A DNA stretch of 56,089 nucleotides, the filler included, from Dugesia japonica (lineage: Eukaryota), in NCBI GenBank assembly GCA_001938525.1. It is 5 parts of 5 records of this genome, joined end to end, with 100 filler letters (N's around TTAATTAATTAA, not from the genome) between each part and the next. Parts side by side here need not be neighbours in the genome. Positions count along the whole stretch, not along the records: positions 1 to 10,532 come from MQRL01515852.1; positions 10,633 to 23,040 come from MQRL01606082.1; 3 more parts are not named here. One strand, 5' to 3'. This document shows, in pieces, positions 1 through 12,419 of the stretch. Both the position numbers and the translations under genes were made by a program. The notes beneath the pieces are model-generated. The model made no database searches, had not been told where the DNA came from, and saw only the letters and a list, made by a program, of their open reading frames with translations. Position 1 is the first letter of the stretch. The number at the start of each line of letters is the position of its first letter.

Positions 1-200
1 ATTGACAATAGGTCTTCCTTTCATTGTTGTTTTATGATCTTTAGGAACACAGAACATAGATGATGGAACTGGCTGATGACATTTAACTGCTAAAATTAAC
101 GATTTTTTCGGTCTTCATATTTCCCTGCAATTTTAATCAATTCTTTATTAAATTTATTTTCTTCAGTAAATTATCACATAAAGGAGTTAAAACAATTCAA
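1..200 (-). mobile_element. Penelope-like element, RT N-terminal fragment
   Basis: Minus strand reads LILAVKCHQPVPSSMFCVPKDHKTTMKGRPIVN, matching the PLE RT motif P..Y.LPK.HK....RPIV; nucleotide-similar to 36935-37020. Confidence 0.7.
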
Positions 201-490
201 AAAGTATATCTGATATCTAATTTTAACATTACTACTGTTCGGAATCACCCATAATTTATTATTACTAGAAAATAACATATATAAAGTACTTGCTTTTTGA
301 TTTATTTCATTAAAGATAAAGTTTGACAATTATTGTACTAATATTAATGTATTTTATGTTTGTTTAATCGCATCAAATTAATTAAAAAATATGTGTTTAA
401 TCATTTTATAGGAACACGTTTTGATAGATGGTGTGTTTTGGCTGTTGTCTTTAATAAATCTTAGAATGAAAAGTGTTCCTTATTTTTAAT

Positions 491-1640
491 TTCTACACTG
501 CAACTGAATATGGAGGAGCAGGTTGCACTGACTTCCTTGATGAATATCATACCCAAAGCGTTGTTCATTTTTTCAGACTCCTGACATCTAAATGTGGATA
601 CTCAAGAAACATAAATCTTGATTCAATGTGTTTTGTTATAGCTCCACGAATTAATCAAGTTACTGCCAATCCTAGTGAATGCCTGGAATGGATCAATGGT
701 AAAGAAACTTTAAGCAACAAACTGTCTAAGAAAACAAGATTTGTGAGATTGTGTACTGCTATCCAATACTTAAAAAACCACAATATAAACATTTCATTTG
801 AATTTAAAGAGAATGAATTAAACTTACACTTGACAACTAATACTTATGGTACAAATACTTACAATCTAAATTCTCGGAATAACTTATCCAGAGAAATTCA
901 TAAATCTTTCTCTCGGTCATATGTAGAAAATTGGGAAAACAGTACAATCAACCAATTTATTATTTCAGCAATAAAATTATCTCCATGTACAAATAAACTC
1001 ATTTTTAAAAGCCAAATAAATGAATTTGCATGGAATTTTGTTCACAAAGCTCGAACTAATGGACTATCAACAAGAGCACGACCATGGAATAAAACCGCTG
1101 AAGAAGGATGTTGTCGAAGATGTCATTTATCTGATGAAACATGGTGTCATTTGATACAAAAATGCAATTTAAATCTAGAAATTATTAAACAAAGACATAA
1201 TGTGTGCTTAAAGTTAATAACAAATGAATTGAATAATCGCGAATTAATTGTTGTCGTAGATCATGTGTTCTTTAGTTCCAGAGTCAAAGGAGAGAGTTGA
1301 TTTGATAGAAAAGAAGCAAATATTTTTAGTAGACATTAAATGCCCACTTGATTCAATGCACAATTTTGAGAATTTTGATAAAGCAAATCTTGAAAAATAT
1401 GCCAAATTGAAACAACAGATACAATACATTAAACAAGATTTCAAAGTAGAGTTATTTACCTATATTATAGGATCACTTGGATCAATACATCCTTGAACAC
1501 CAAATATTCTTATCAAAATTGGTGTTCAGAAATCACAGATTAATAAGCTTCTAAAATCATGTGTAATCTCAAACATTACATTCTCAGCAAAAATTTGGAA
1601 TTTTAACAATATTGGAATAATCATCACGGAAACGAATTAA
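491..1640 (+). mobile_element. 5'-truncated non-LTR retrotransposon with restriction-like endonuclease (NeSL/Utopia-like), pseudogenised
   Basis: YGGAG post-RT motif, CCHC knuckle CRRCHLSDETWCHLIQKC, RHN motif, then after a frameshift (~1265) RVDL...LVDIKCP...NLEKY...IIGSLGS (PD-D..K REL nuclease); read-through of a stop gives ...SAKIWNF ending ~1640. Confidence 0.85.
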
Positions 1641-2599
1641 TTAAAAATAATTAAAACTTAAACAAAAAGTATATTTTATATTTTTAATATATATTTATAA
1701 ATATATATTTAAGTATATTTTTAAGAAAAACTGTTTAAAAACATTTCTAAAATGAAAATCAAGCGTTAATATTAACTGGAAAAATAAAACATTTAAAAAT
1801 ACAATCAATCTTAGANNNNNNNNNNNNNNNNNNNNNNNNNNAGAAAATTTTACAAAAATTATTATTATTGAAATATTTAGTAATTTTTAATTAGAAAAAT
1901 GTTGCTTTTTTATAAATGAAAAATTACTATAATAATTTTAAAATAATTTATAAATGGAAAATACAAATAAATTGTAAAATAGAAAAATTATTTAAAATGA
2001 AATGAAAATTAAGTAACTTCAAAATATTTAACACTATCTAATAATTTTTCTCTTTTTATTTAAAGTTACATTGCACTTAGTATTGATTGTTGTTGGCATT
2101 ACTATTTGTTATCTGTAAATATGTTCTAAGCAGGACTCAATATGAAGAATAAAAGAAATAGCACAATTTGTTTTAATAAATATTTTAAATATTTTCAACA
2201 TTTCAAAATTCTAATAATCACATCAAATATGAATCAAAAGATATCAATGGGTTTTGCTTCACCATCAGATGCTAATTGCAATATTCAAACGTTTTCAATT
2301 GAAGAAAGAATCACAATGTTAGAATCGTCAATGATTTCCATGATTTCAAAATTTCGAACGAATTTGAAAGAAATAAGATGTTTGACAAATGAAAGTGAAA
2401 CCACAAATAAAGAAAATTACAAACAAAGTTGAAATCAGTTCCAAGCAGAACTCAATATTATTACTTATGAAAATTATCAAATTTGTTATACTTAATAAAT
2501 TTTTAAATGGTCCAGCGGTAATATCAATTATTTTACAGTTCATTAGTGGTGGTTTGATTCCTACGATTGACGACTTATTTTACACTTTGTTTTTCCTTT

Positions 2600-3571
2600 A
2601 TAACTTTTTATCTATATAGTTTGGTGATTTGTAACCATGTTTTTCCTATTTAAAATAAACTTCTCTATCGGATAGACTAGTTTATAATTACATCCCAGTT
2701 ACCCTTTCGAAATTTCATAATTCCCTCCCGGACTCACAAAAATGAAGTACATGTTTTTTATATTTAACTTTTTATCTAAAAGGTTTGGTGATTTTAGGTT
2801 TACATATTTCAATTTGGTGAAAGATTCTCTATCGAATAGATTCCTCTTTGATCAATTTTAAGTTACTTTTTCTATTTTGAAAAAAGTTACCAAATCCGAG
2901 AGGACAGCTGAATATCTTCGTTAGGATGCATTTTTACCGAGAGGATATTTTAACTTTACATAGTAACTTTTTCCTTGCAAGTAAAATATTACTAAATTTG
3001 AAACCATACGAGGTATGTATGAAGAGACAATTGAGCACCAAAATTCCAAATTTGATATTTTTCACCACAAAACCCTATTTATTTCATTCCGGATAAACTT
3101 TATCTATTTTAGATTTATATATTTGGAATCAGCAAAGAATTCTCTATCTAATAATAAATGTAAAGATGAGAAATAATTTTTTGAAAAATTTTTATTTGTG
3201 AAAAATAATCTCCATCGAATTCTGTATCGATTGATGTAAAAATCTCGACAAAAAAAATTTTCCGAAATTTTCGAATTTTTGGTAGTTCTCCCGGATTCCC
3301 ATAAAAATTTGATTTAAAAATTTTAAAAACTGAAAATTTAAACAAAAATGACCTAATTTAACCAATTTGCCACAAAAGTTTAAAATCAAGGTCAGAGTGA
3401 TTGTCAAGGTCAGAGTGATTTTCAAGGTCAGAGTGATATTAGTCAAGGTTAGAGTGATATTGTCAAGGTCAGTGTGATATAGTATCCTGCGATCTGATTT
3501 GTTGAAGCGTTTCAAAGTCATGCGGTCAAACTTCCTGGGCAGACGTCATATTTAAATTCTTCGCGGAGACT
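2600..3571 (+). repeat. Dispersed non-coding repeat, copy 1 (homologous to 38090-38620 and, inverted, ~30330-30400)
   Basis: 2890-3130 aligns by eye with 38255-38510 (e.g. aaatttgaaaccatacgag, attccaaattt, ggaatcagcaaa); internal degenerate subrepeats; ends ...GACGTCA...GGAGACT. Confidence 0.75.
3386..3480 (+). repeat. Tandem repeat, 5 x ~18-21 nt TCAAGGTCAGAGTGAT
   Basis: Units start at 3386, 3404, 3422, 3443 (TCAAGGTTA) and 3463. Confidence 0.95.
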
Positions 3572-4340
3572 TAATGTTAATATTTTTTTTGGTTTTAATG
3601 TTTCAATTTTTTTTAACGACCAAATAGGAAATTAAAAAGTAAGATAAGATTGTTTCAAGAACTTGCATCGTAAAACAATTTCTTCCCTTTGAAAATCACT
3701 TTTAAAAATTAAGTAATTGGACATCTCATCATGACCTGCTGGAGGTGAAATTGTTTTTCTATTTTCTTTACGATTTTTTGTTTTAGGTTTTTAAGGGTCA
3801 TTGAAATTTTTTCTCCAAGATCGCAGAAAGTTCTTTTTTCCGAGGTCATGAGTAGCACCAACGTATAAAGATTTGAAAAGTGAGATAAGAATGTGTAATG
3901 ATCTTGTATCGTAAAATCATTACTTCCCCATTATAAACGCAGTCTTTCTGGTTTACAATTTCTTGACGTTAAAGATGCGCAAAAATTTATTGATAACTAC
4001 ATTCAATCTAGGAACAAATACTTTTTTTATTCAGGTTATCAATCTTTTATCAGAAAGATGGTAAATAATAGTGGCAAATATTTTTATTAATGCACTATGT
4101 TATGTATTAATAATATTATTAAAAATCTTTCAATTAAAATGATGGAAACGTTTTCATACCACCAAATATATTGAATATTGTTATTTGAATATATTGATCA
4201 TTGTATTTCACATTTCAATTTGTTGTGATTTTTGGAACATTTTTTGGTTATTTTGTTTATCGATGTGACCGAGAATTTATCACATCCAAATTTATCAATG
4301 AATTTATTCTTACAAATTTATCAATTATAGCTAATATCTT

Positions 4341-5931
4341 TGTAAGTATGGTTTTAGACAGTTAAATGTTTTGATAGTTTGACCGAAGTTGATATGAAAA
4401 TAGTTTGATAAATAAATAAATTAACTTTATGTAATAAATTTAAATAACTTAATTCAAAATATTTTTTAATTATAGAATTTTGTGAAATGGTTAATTTTCG
4501 AAATTTAATTGAAAATATTTTGTTAAATATTAAATTTTGTAAAATGATTAATTTTTGAAATTTATTTTTTGTTTGAATATTTTAAAATAGCTTAAATAAA
4601 ATAAGTAATTAAATAAAAAGGTTAGCTAGTTTTAAAAATTTGTAAAAAAACAAATTGATAGATAGGTGTGTTTTGGCTGTTGTCTTTAATAAATCTTAGA
4701 ATGAAAAGTGTTCCTATTTTTAATGCAAAAATGAATGTATCACATTCATCTAAGATGGTGGCAGCGGTAAAATCCGAAGGAATTACCAAGAGATTATTGC
4801 CAAAGATATTTTGCCAAGGTCATGATTTTGAGAAATTTTTAAAGCGATGCGGAAGATAATTTGAAGCAAAAGGCATGGTTTGCAGGAAAGATCAAGAACG
4901 TTTGATAATATGTATGCTTGACGAAGACTTAATAGAGGCATATAGGAAAGCTCTAAATAAAATTGATGAATATCAAGAAAGATTACGATTAGCCGTAGGC
5001 AAAAGAGATATGATAAAAGATTTTCAAAATCTTATAAATTATCGACGTATTGGTGAAGACATAGAAATATACTTCAAGAAAGTGGAAGATTTAGTCTATA
5101 ATTTCTTATCAAATGGATATTTTACAAAAGGAAAAATCATGGCAAAGATGCTAATAATTTGCTCAGATAGCAAAAAAGCAGAAAAAGAAATTATTATGCG
5201 GAAATTGGAGAAAGTTGAAGATATAAAAGAAATTCTATATCTAGTAGAAGAAAAGAGAATGAAAAACAGATATTAACGTAGTGAAGAGTTATGTGGAAGT
5301 GGCAAGTGGAGAAGTTACAGTAGACAGTAAAAGAAATATCGAGAAATTTACGAAAATAGCAGGATCAGAGTGTTGGACATGACATATTTATGGTCACATA
5401 AAAAAAGAGTGTTCCAAGAATGCTGAGATACAATGTTGGACTTATCACAAGGAGGGACATATAAATAAAAAATGTCCAGATAAGAAACCACCAAAATGTT
5501 TTTGGTTTTTGTAAAATTGGTTACATCAGAAGGTTCTGTGCCGATATTTTTTGTGTAAGAGGTAAGAAACCTGGACACATAGCGGAAGAATGTAATACCA
5601 ACATCAACAAAACGAGACAAGAAAATAAGAGTCATAACTTTGAAAACCGGCATCTTAGAAAAGATGGGTTTCAAAAGATAAAGTTCGTAACAGAAAGCAA
5701 AGATGGGAAAAGCCCAAGAAGAAACGCGAAAAAAGATCAAAGAATTTCTTAAAATAGGGGTATGTAAGTATGGTTTTAAATTTTTTGATAGTTCGACCGA
5801 AGTTATTAATGAAAATAGTTTGATAAATAAATAAATTAAATTCGTGTAATAAAGTTAAAAATTTAATTGAAAATATTTTGTTAAATATTAAATTTTGTAA
5901 AATGATTAATCTTTTAAATTTATTGTTTTTG
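4341..5931 (+). mobile_element. Short gag-only Ty3/Gypsy-type LTR element (5' LTR 4341-~4755, PBS, gag, PPT, truncated 3' LTR from 5763)
   Basis: TGTAAGTATGG starts both 4341 and 5763 with ~170 nt of similarity; PBS at 4756; PPT-like AAAATAGGGGTA 5751-5762; gag-like ORF with two decayed CCHC knuckles (PKCFGFCKIGYIRRFC, KKPGHIAEEC). Confidence 0.8.
4756..4768 (+). promoter_or_regulatory. Primer-binding site complementary to tRNA-Leu 3' end
   Basis: TGGTGGCAGCGGT is the reverse complement of ACCGCTGCCA-CCA, the 3' end of metazoan tRNA-Leu(AAG/TAG). Confidence 0.8.
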
Positions 5932-6669
5932 GACGTGGAGAAGTTCAAAATTATATTTAAAAAATACGAGATAAATTTATTAATTATTTTTTATATTTGG
6001 ATAATTTATTAATTTAATATTTTCCAGCTAAATGTTTCCAAAAGTATAAAAAGGTATATTTCATTTTAATTAAAAAAAATAATTTTTTATTAATTTTTAT
6101 ATTAATTTTTTATTAATTTTGATATTAATAATTTTACAATTGGAAATTTAATTTGTCAAATTATTAATTGTAATATTTAAATATCATTTTCAAATCTCTT
6201 CATAAAATTTGTGTCAAATTAAAGTTATAAAAAATCAGTAAAATATTTCACAATATTAAAATTCATTATTTTTCAAAAGATAATTTTTTCATTTTTGATA
6301 ATTGAACATTTCAGATAATTCGTATTACTCATTAGTTAAAAGTAGAAAAAGAAAATATCAAAAAGGTAATTTTTAATTATTTGTTTTATTTATTTTGTGT
6401 TTTTAGATATGTTCGATAAAATATTGGGTAAATTGATTTAGCATTTTATGAATCAATCATTAGGTAATTAATATTTTTAATGAAAAAATTATAAAAATAA
6501 TAATAAATCTGCCATGCATTAAATTTATTATAATAATAATAATCCACTGCATAGTTTTAATGAAATTATTATTTTTGTTCAGATACGATTGGTCCTTCGC
6601 AAACTCCATCAAAAGGTTAGAATTATTTCTACAATTAATATGAATAGGTAGATAATGTAGTTTGACCGC

Positions 6670-6940
6670 ACCAAAATATACCAAGTGTGGACGAAAATGT
6701 TATGTTTTCGTGATGGAAAACCTTTTAAAAATATTTTTCGGGAAAACCTTTGAAATTGGATTTGAGCAATTTTTATGATCGGATCAAATTTCATATCTAT
6801 ACGCCCGGAATATGCGAATTTTTTGGTGGTGTTTTCATTTTGATGTGCTAATCGATATTCTTGAAAAAACGTTTTTTTACTCAACTGCATTTTGCACTTA
6901 AGAATTATTACTTTTTCGAAACTATTGTGAATGAGGTTGG
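6670..6940 (+). mobile_element. Degenerate piggyBac-like transposase fragment
   Basis: With frameshifts reads SVDE-MLCFR.G...YFSGKP.K and later a NYY-like segment, resembling piggyBac SIDE.M..F.GR...YIP.KP.K and DNYY motifs. Confidence 0.45.
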
Positions 6941-7039
6941 ATTAAAAAAACTGACTAAGTAAAGTATCTTTGGATAATAAATTGGATGACAAATTTTATT
7001 TTAAAAACTGATTAACGAGTAATGTAATGTATAATTTTA

Positions 7040-7640
7040 AATGATTTCATTTTAATTTTCTTCACATATTCTCCAAAGTTTTCCATATAATATTTTTGTT
7101 TCATAAAATCATACACCTTCTGAAATCCAGCGTTTCATAATGTCTTGTCCGTAGTGGTGTCATTTCGTTTATCTTTAGGAGCAAATATTTTATTGTTTTT
7201 AATAACAATTTCATCTTTATATTGAAAATTTACTATCTCTTTACTATCCATCTTATTTATGATGTCATTAATTTTCTCATCATTTCTTTGCATTTCATAT
7301 TTAATGATATCTTCATTTACAACTATTAAACGAGTTTGGGCTTTTTTATTTTTAGCATCAGCGTGATCCAAATTACATTGTTTGCACAACTGGTTATTCA
7401 ATCATTATAAAGCTCTGCGTTTGAATGTTTTTCTCCTTTTCTGTACTCCAACCTGATATTTAAACTACTGAGAAAATTTATCCAATTTTGAAATTGAGCT
7501 GTAATTGGTTTTCTTGTTGTTAACATAAAAGTTATCGCTTTATGGTCTGTTCGCAATACAAATTGTTTTCTTTTCTCGTAATGCAGTATCCAATTTCATG
7601 TTTTGACATAATTTTTGAACCGTAAGCAATGACTCTTTCT
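7040..7640 (-). mobile_element. Ty3/Gypsy pol fragment (RNase H end to integrase Zn-finger region)
   Basis: Minus strand: FVLRTDHKAITFML...WINFLSSLNIRLEYRKGEKHSNA, CKQC linker, KIFAPK...AGFQKVYDFMKQKYY. Confidence 0.85.
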
Positions 7641-7779
7641 CCTCCAAAAATATCTTTTTGGGACAATACAGCACCAATAAAAAACAGTTCATTGAAATAA
7701 AGAAATAATTAAATTAAAAAACCAGGAGTGGTAGTTTAAACCAACGTAATAATCGGCAAAATCGAAATTTGCAGCAAGA

Positions 7780-8070
7780 AACAACTCAGAAATTAGAAAG
7801 CCAAAAAGAAGAAAAGGAGTAATAGAAGTTATAAGCCAGATAAAAAAAATAATGAATAACAATTAGTTCATTAGGCAAAACTAAGAAAATCGTATTGAAC
7901 TAATAATTGGAGAACGAGAAAATAAATAAAAGGAATTAACTAAATTAATTAATGAAAGAAAAAACTACAAACTTAAATTAATTTCAGATCAGAAAAAGAA
8001 GAAAAATGAACATCAAATTATTAATAAAGAAGAAAATAAAATAAATAATTTATTTATTTAAATAAAATAA
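7780..8070 (+). mobile_element. Gypsy-like protease-region remnant, homologous to 10840-11030
   Basis: Shared ttcattaggc.aaa..aagaaaatc..att.aa.taataattg block in both places. Confidence 0.5.
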
Positions 8071-8559
8071 ATCATTCAATTGTGAGGTCCAAAGAATGTG
8101 TTACGTTGCGTTTTTTATATTTTAAAATGGGTAATGTGATTTTAATGTGATTTGAGTCAAAAATCTGTTAATTTCCGGTTGCGGTAAATCAAATGAGCTT
8201 TGAAGAAATTAATGTTTATTTCGATCGGTGCATTTTAGTTCTAAATAGAACTGTAAGATTTTAGCTCCAATTAATTTTTATAAATTAATATAAAAACTTC
8301 AAAATAAATCTCAAGAATTTATTTTCAATCACAATAACAAACTTTAAAAATAAAAATGACAAATTTTTATATCAATTATTTACTAGCCGTTTATTCGGTG
8401 TTACCTTATGAAGATAAGAGTATTATCAAGAACAATTGAACAACAATAAATATCGATGAAATTTTCAGCAAATTTAACTAAAAAAACAATCTTAATCAAT
8501 CTTTTTTATTAGAAATTTATTGAAATCGAGAATCTTAACGGTAATTTTTTATCCATATG

Positions 8560-8760
8560 AAGTTTGGGAGCAACAATTTCCAACGTGATGGATTACAGCA
8601 CTTATGATGCGCAAAATAATCAGTGTTGTTATGCAAATGGGTATCTCAAGTTAATACAATTGGTAGTCACGATAAGTCAGATTATTCATGTGTGCTGCTT
8701 CAGATCGAGATCGCAGTCCACGTTAGTTTCTAGTTTTATTGATGTAATTTTAATTTAATG
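8560..8760. repeat. Dispersed repeat similar to 11590-11730 (LTR-like family)
   Basis: Shared gtgct..(t/c)c(a/g)gatcga...cacgttagt segment; same relative order as the shared block at 9410-9578 / 12230-12410. Confidence 0.5.
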
Positions 8761-9192
8761 TATAATGAATGGAATTAACAATAATATAACTTACCATACC
8801 CAGATTTCTTTTATTTAATATGATTTTTATTTTATTTAAATTCTTTTGTTAAGCTGAGACTAGTGATAAGAACTAAAATTAACTCATCCTTTTAGGTACC
8901 AAGTGCTAAGTAAAATGATAAGTTAAAAGCGTTCATACTAGGAACAACTACCTAACATATTATGGTTCTCCGCTCATGATAAATTAAAACAGGGATTTTT
9001 TAACTAGGTTAACTTCTCTTTTCTGGTAAGCAATGCCTCTCATGCAGTGTTATTGACTCGAAGTAATGATGAAATTTGGCGCGAATGGGGAGGTTATTTA
9101 ATAATGTTGTTGGTGACAAATCTTGCTGATATAATTTACAGTTTATTGACAATATTCAAATGACCACAATGAGGTGTACGAATTATTTTTCT

Positions 9193-9607
9193 TGTTATAA
9201 AACCTGGGCCTCAGGATAACACTAAGCCTACATGGTACTTAACTTTCACTCATGACTTTTAATTTTTAGTCACTTTAATCTCTCGATCACCTGCTCAAAA
9301 CCTTGCTCATCATAACGAGTATTGATATGGTCAAACATTGATTAAAGATAGATAACCAATACAAAGATCTGACCAATAGAGATTAAGTGGTTCTAAAGAT
9401 CAAGTGTGTATTATGAAATATGAACCCAAACCAAAGGAATGCAAGTCTGTACTCAGATTCCGAGTCAACGGTTTCATTCCGAAAATCTAGATTTTGGGAC
9501 ACTAGATCAAATTCTTTGAGGGGTTTTATTAAGCCAACTAGCTTAGACTTGTCTACTCACATAAATAAAACCCCAACAATAATTTCGGGGCTCAGTCGGG
9601 ATTTGAA
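9193..9607 (+). mobile_element. LTR (TGTTA...CCCCAACA, 9193-9578) followed by tRNA-Pro-like PBS
   Basis: TG...CA ends; TCGGGGCTCAGTCGGGATTTGAA at 9585-9607 vs canonical Pro PBS TGGGGGCTCGTCCGGGATTTGAA; 9410-9578 homologous to 12230-12410. The 5' boundary is uncertain. Confidence 0.6.
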
Positions 9608-10439
9608 TAAAACTTTCTTAAAACCATCAATATCACATTACTAGTAAATCCATAAATAAATAATAACTAGAAATCTTAGGTAAAAAGAAAATATTTTTAA
9701 ATATCTTAAATAATCAAACAAACATATACTGTTGGACAGAATAGTAAATAGATATTAATTCTGATGCAAAAAAACTTAGTATTTAAGCAAAATTTACACA
9801 ATAAGTTCTATACAATACATTTAGTCAAAATATTCAGAAAAGAAAATAGTAGTTTAAGATTCCAATAAACAAAATATAAATATGGCATATTTTTTAATAT
9901 TCCTTATTTTAAAATATGAGCAGAATTTGTTCATTTTTTTTGTTTTAAATAAAAATGTTGTATAACTTTGTACTGAATAGGGGACTGTTAAGAAACAATA
10001 AACTATAGTTCATTTATAGTAATTTCGACTAGTCTGTTTATAGAACAATGTAAATTAAGCAAAATTTTACCCATCAAGGTTTTACATTATTTGTAATCAA
10101 AATCAATTACATAAAGACTTAAGTGTTAAAATTATTAAAATCAGATCACCAATTAAGATAAATTAATTATTAAAATATGAAACAAATTTTTTTTAAAGTT
10201 GTGATCTCTTCGTTAAAAAACAATTTACTAAAAGGATTATAATTAATTTTTTTAATCTCCTTTGAAATAACAAAAATTATCTCTTAGATAAAATAACAAA
10301 ACGATTGATCGTTTGAAAATTGCCTAAATCAAATAAATAATATAAGTAGGGGGATAACGGCACACTGTGCATTTTTAATTTAAGTAGTTATCGAGAAGCT
10401 CGGAAACACATTACGCTTAAGTTGTGTTTTTTTAACTAT

Positions 10440-10532
10440 GATTTTTTTTTGTGATTTGTCATTTGTGATGGTAGAAATATATGCAATAAAAAAAATATCA
10501 CTTACAAAATAACATGCACCTTATGTAAGGAT
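10440..10532 (+). mobile_element. Penelope-like GIY-YIG endonuclease start
   Basis: ICDGRNICNKKNITYKITCTLCKD: Cys-rich linker plus the Y.ITC..C start of PLE GIY-YIG; cut by the gap. Confidence 0.6.
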
Positions 10533-10632
10533 NNNNNNNNNNNNNNNNNNNNNNNNNNNNNNNNNNNNNNNNNNNNTTAATTAATTAANNNNNNNNNNNN
10601 NNNNNNNNNNNNNNNNNNNNNNNNNNNNNNNN
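10533..10632. other. Artificial scaffold spacer (44N-TTAATTAATTAA-44N)
   Basis: Identical 100-nt construct also at 23041-23140, 37043-37142 and 46930-47029; the 12-mer gives stops in all six frames. Confidence 0.95.
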
Positions 10633-10719
10633 AAATCATAATTAGATATATATTTATTCCTCCTTTTTAGATTGTTATATTAATAAATATTATGGTTATG
10701 AAACAGACTTCTAACAATT

Positions 10720-11400
10720 AGGAAATTAAAACATGTGCCATAACTAAAGAAATCTGGAAATAAAAGGTAATAAAGGTAAACGACAGAAAGGAAACGACAA
10801 AACCATCAACAGAGAGAGAAGACAAAGAAAATAACAAGCAATAACCAAGCGATCAATTCATTAGGCGAAATAAAGAAAATCAAATTAAAATAATAATTGA
10901 AGATGAAGAAAATAATTTAAACGAATTAATTATTAAACGAAAATGACTAAATTATATTAAAATTTAATTTAGAAAAAAAATCGGCAATTCAATTAATAAA
11001 TTAAGAAGAAAAGGAAATAAATAATTTGTTTTTTGAATAGAATAGATTTTATAAATTAAACTAATTTATTATTAAAAAGAAACCTAATTTATCCGAAAAT
11101 ATCGCAAAATGAAGGATTACGATTAAGAAGTAAAAAACATTATAGAAAAGAATAAATCAGAGAATTCGAAAATTGAAGTTAAAAAACCCCAGCTAGACCA
11201 GGAAAGAAGTTACAAGGGTTTTAAATTTAACCTATTAAATTCCAACAATTTTGGAATTCCAAAAGTTTGACTAATAATAAGAAATCAGATGATAGAATTG
11301 GAGTATCTTGACTAATGAAAACATGAGAAAAATCAGACCATGTCCATTATCCAATAAGAAAGATGGCGTACTAAAATTTAGTATAAATACCGTTTAATTT
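10720..11400 (+). mobile_element. Highly decayed Gypsy protease/RT-start remnant
   Basis: INSLGEIKKIKL..I protease-like segment, IDFI, and aagaaagatggcgtactaaaatttagtata (KKDG.L.F.I) RT motif. Confidence 0.5.
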
Positions 11401-11449
11401 CACGCAAAAAAATTTTCAATCAAAATTAGCAATCAAATTTATCAATCAA

Positions 11450-12410
11450 AATAAATTACTCAGTGGTAAGAATTTGACTAATTTGGTTGTCAACAATGTT
11501 TTTCAACTTAGCAGAACCAACACGGATAGAATATTGGATTGACGGGTTGACATAGCAACTAACAATAAATCAATACATTAGTTATAGGATAACTAATTGC
11601 GCACGGATTTGCATGGTGTAAACAATGGTTAGCAGATGAAACTAATGCAATCAAGTCGTCATAGCAACTTCAATCAATAAGGTGCTTGCTCCGGATCGAT
11701 CAATGGCTCACGTTAGTCTTTGTTTAATTTATATAATTTACAATTTAGTAATTCATAGAATTTTAGTAATGATGATACAAATTTCCGTTTGTTAAATTTC
11801 TTTTGTTAATTGTAATAAGATGAGTAATTATAAAAAATTGCATAATGTTAAGTAAATTTCAATTGAATAATGATATTAATTAAAACTTTCAATAAATGAT
11901 TTGTTGAAATGAGATGATAATGATTAATGATCAATAATAAATCACGGTAGTAATACTTAATTAATTACCATAAGGCATACGGATGATTTCTAAGTTTAAA
12001 TTCAGAACGCTAAAATGATAATAATAAACTCACTCTTCCATAATCCTCAATATTAAATCTTGATGATAAAAATAATAGCCCTAACTTCCGTAATACTCTT
12101 TTGATAACCTGCTAAAATGATAATCATGTTACTAATAACAGTCAGATATAATGATATGATTCAAAACGCTGTCGTCGACATCATTGACAATAAGAAATAA
12201 GTGTGCCTCACAGATTAAAGCGAGTATCCTGAAATATGATCGCAAACCAAAGGATTGCGAGCATGCACTCGAACTACGGGTTACGAGTCACCGGCTTCAT
12301 TCCTAAAATCTAGATTTTTGGAACTCTACATCAAATTCTTCGCGGGGTTTACTAGGCTAGACCACTCTAGACTTGACTTCAATTTAAATTACCTTAATGG
12401 AACCCTAACA
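11450..12410 (+). mobile_element. LTR-like repeat of the same family as 8560-9578, ending AACCCTAACA
   Basis: 12230-12410 aligns with 9410-9578 (gaaatatga..caaaccaaagga.tgc, ttcattcc.aaaatctagatttt). Confidence 0.6.
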
Positions 12411-12419
12411 ATATTAAAG

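Noticed and set aside
10577-10588. TTAATTAATTAA palindrome recurring four times
   Set aside because: Always centred in 44+44 Ns: an assembly linker, not biology.
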